From Felis catus (lineage: Eukaryota): 64,000 bases of DNA. The notes beneath the pieces are model-generated. The model did not search any database, was not told the origin of the DNA, and saw only the letters and a list, made by a program, of their open reading frames with translations. The stretch is from contig NC_058368.1 in the NCBI RefSeq assembly GCF_018350175.1, forward strand, positions 85,934,001-85,998,000. The letters are read 5' to 3'. The position numbers and the translations under genes were made by a program. Positions within the stretch are counted from its first letter, which is position 1; every line of letters starts with the position of its first letter. Shown here in pieces: positions 63,414 to 64,000 of this stretch.

Positions 63414-63990
63414 AAGAAAAGTAATTCAGTAAATCCGCTTAAATTTCAAAGAATGATTTAAAGCAAATTTTAAATTACCAAAGCACTTAGATTTCAAGAA
63501 AAAATATATAATTGTTTCTCATTAATTTGTAAGTTGAATAAGATGGACTTGGACTTGAATCCAAACATTGACAGATATTAGTAATCATAGTTGGACAAAC
63601 CTCTCCAAATCTTTGTTTTCACAATTACAAAATAAAAAAAATTCCCATCTCATTGATTTGTTATGAGAATTATTTATAAATGCTCTTCAAACAGCCTGAG
63701 GCACATATAAGTGTTCAGTGTACCACTGGTCATATTCATAAAATATTTTGACAAGAATATATCTGCCTGTTTATATACTCATTTTTTTCCATTCTGCATA
63801 AATCCTCAGTTTCAACTTAAGTGTGTAATTTGATAAATGGAGTGGTATAAAAAGCATGAGCTGAGGGAAAGTAGCAGCTACATTTGAAGAAACTACAAAA
63901 AAATTCTAGATAGAAGAAGGGTCCTTTTATATTGTGTTAATTGTTTTTTATTATTATTGATCATGCTAAGACTGACATGTTCTTCCATAG

Positions 63991-64000
63991 TAAATAATAC
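63991..64000 (+). CDS. Start of a second B30.2 exon (only 10 nt visible): (V)NNT
   Basis: Same acceptor catgttcttccatAG as 34813; TAAATAATAC aligns to AAAATGTTAC. Integrity cannot be judged. Confidence 0.55.

Larger units (their letters stand above)
58440..64000 (+). repeat. Diverged paralogous copy of the gene's 3' module (~29475-34825); continues beyond the window
   Basis: Colinear intronic similarity (about 80-90% by eye), two shared SINEs, and the same exon order B-C-D-B30.2. Confidence 0.95.

Noticed and set aside
1..64000. Prokaryotic-type system (CRISPR array, operon, defence island)
   Set aside because: The sequence is mammalian; there is no repeat-spacer array or dense gene packing.

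Overview
This is mammalian genomic DNA, most likely from a cat-family animal, judged by abundant felid-type tRNA-derived CanSINEs and carnivore LINE-1. It is not prokaryotic, and most ORF-track entries are repeat-derived or spurious. The main gene feature is the 3' part of a + strand butyrophilin/ERMAP-like gene: six 21-nt and two 27-nt phase-1 micro-exons that the ORF track misses, followed by an open B30.2 (PRY-SPRY) terminal exon at 34814-35379. Positions 1 to ~30780 are about 2.5 near-identical tandem copies of a ~12,178-bp unit. Each unit carries two in-frame heptad micro-exons, so each copy adds 14 aa (GKLQEKY-AKLEEEN) to the predicted cytoplasmic coiled coil. An older, diverged copy of the gene's 3' module starts at ~58440 and runs off the window at the start of a second B30.2 exon; one of its micro-exons is dead. 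Between the two modules are L1 fragments and a decayed betaretrovirus-like provirus (46125-53912, - strand). The provirus has dUTPase-pro, pol and env, a tRNA-Ser-type PBS, and most of gag replaced by unrelated AT-rich sequence. All comparisons were made by eye, and repeat boundaries are approximate.
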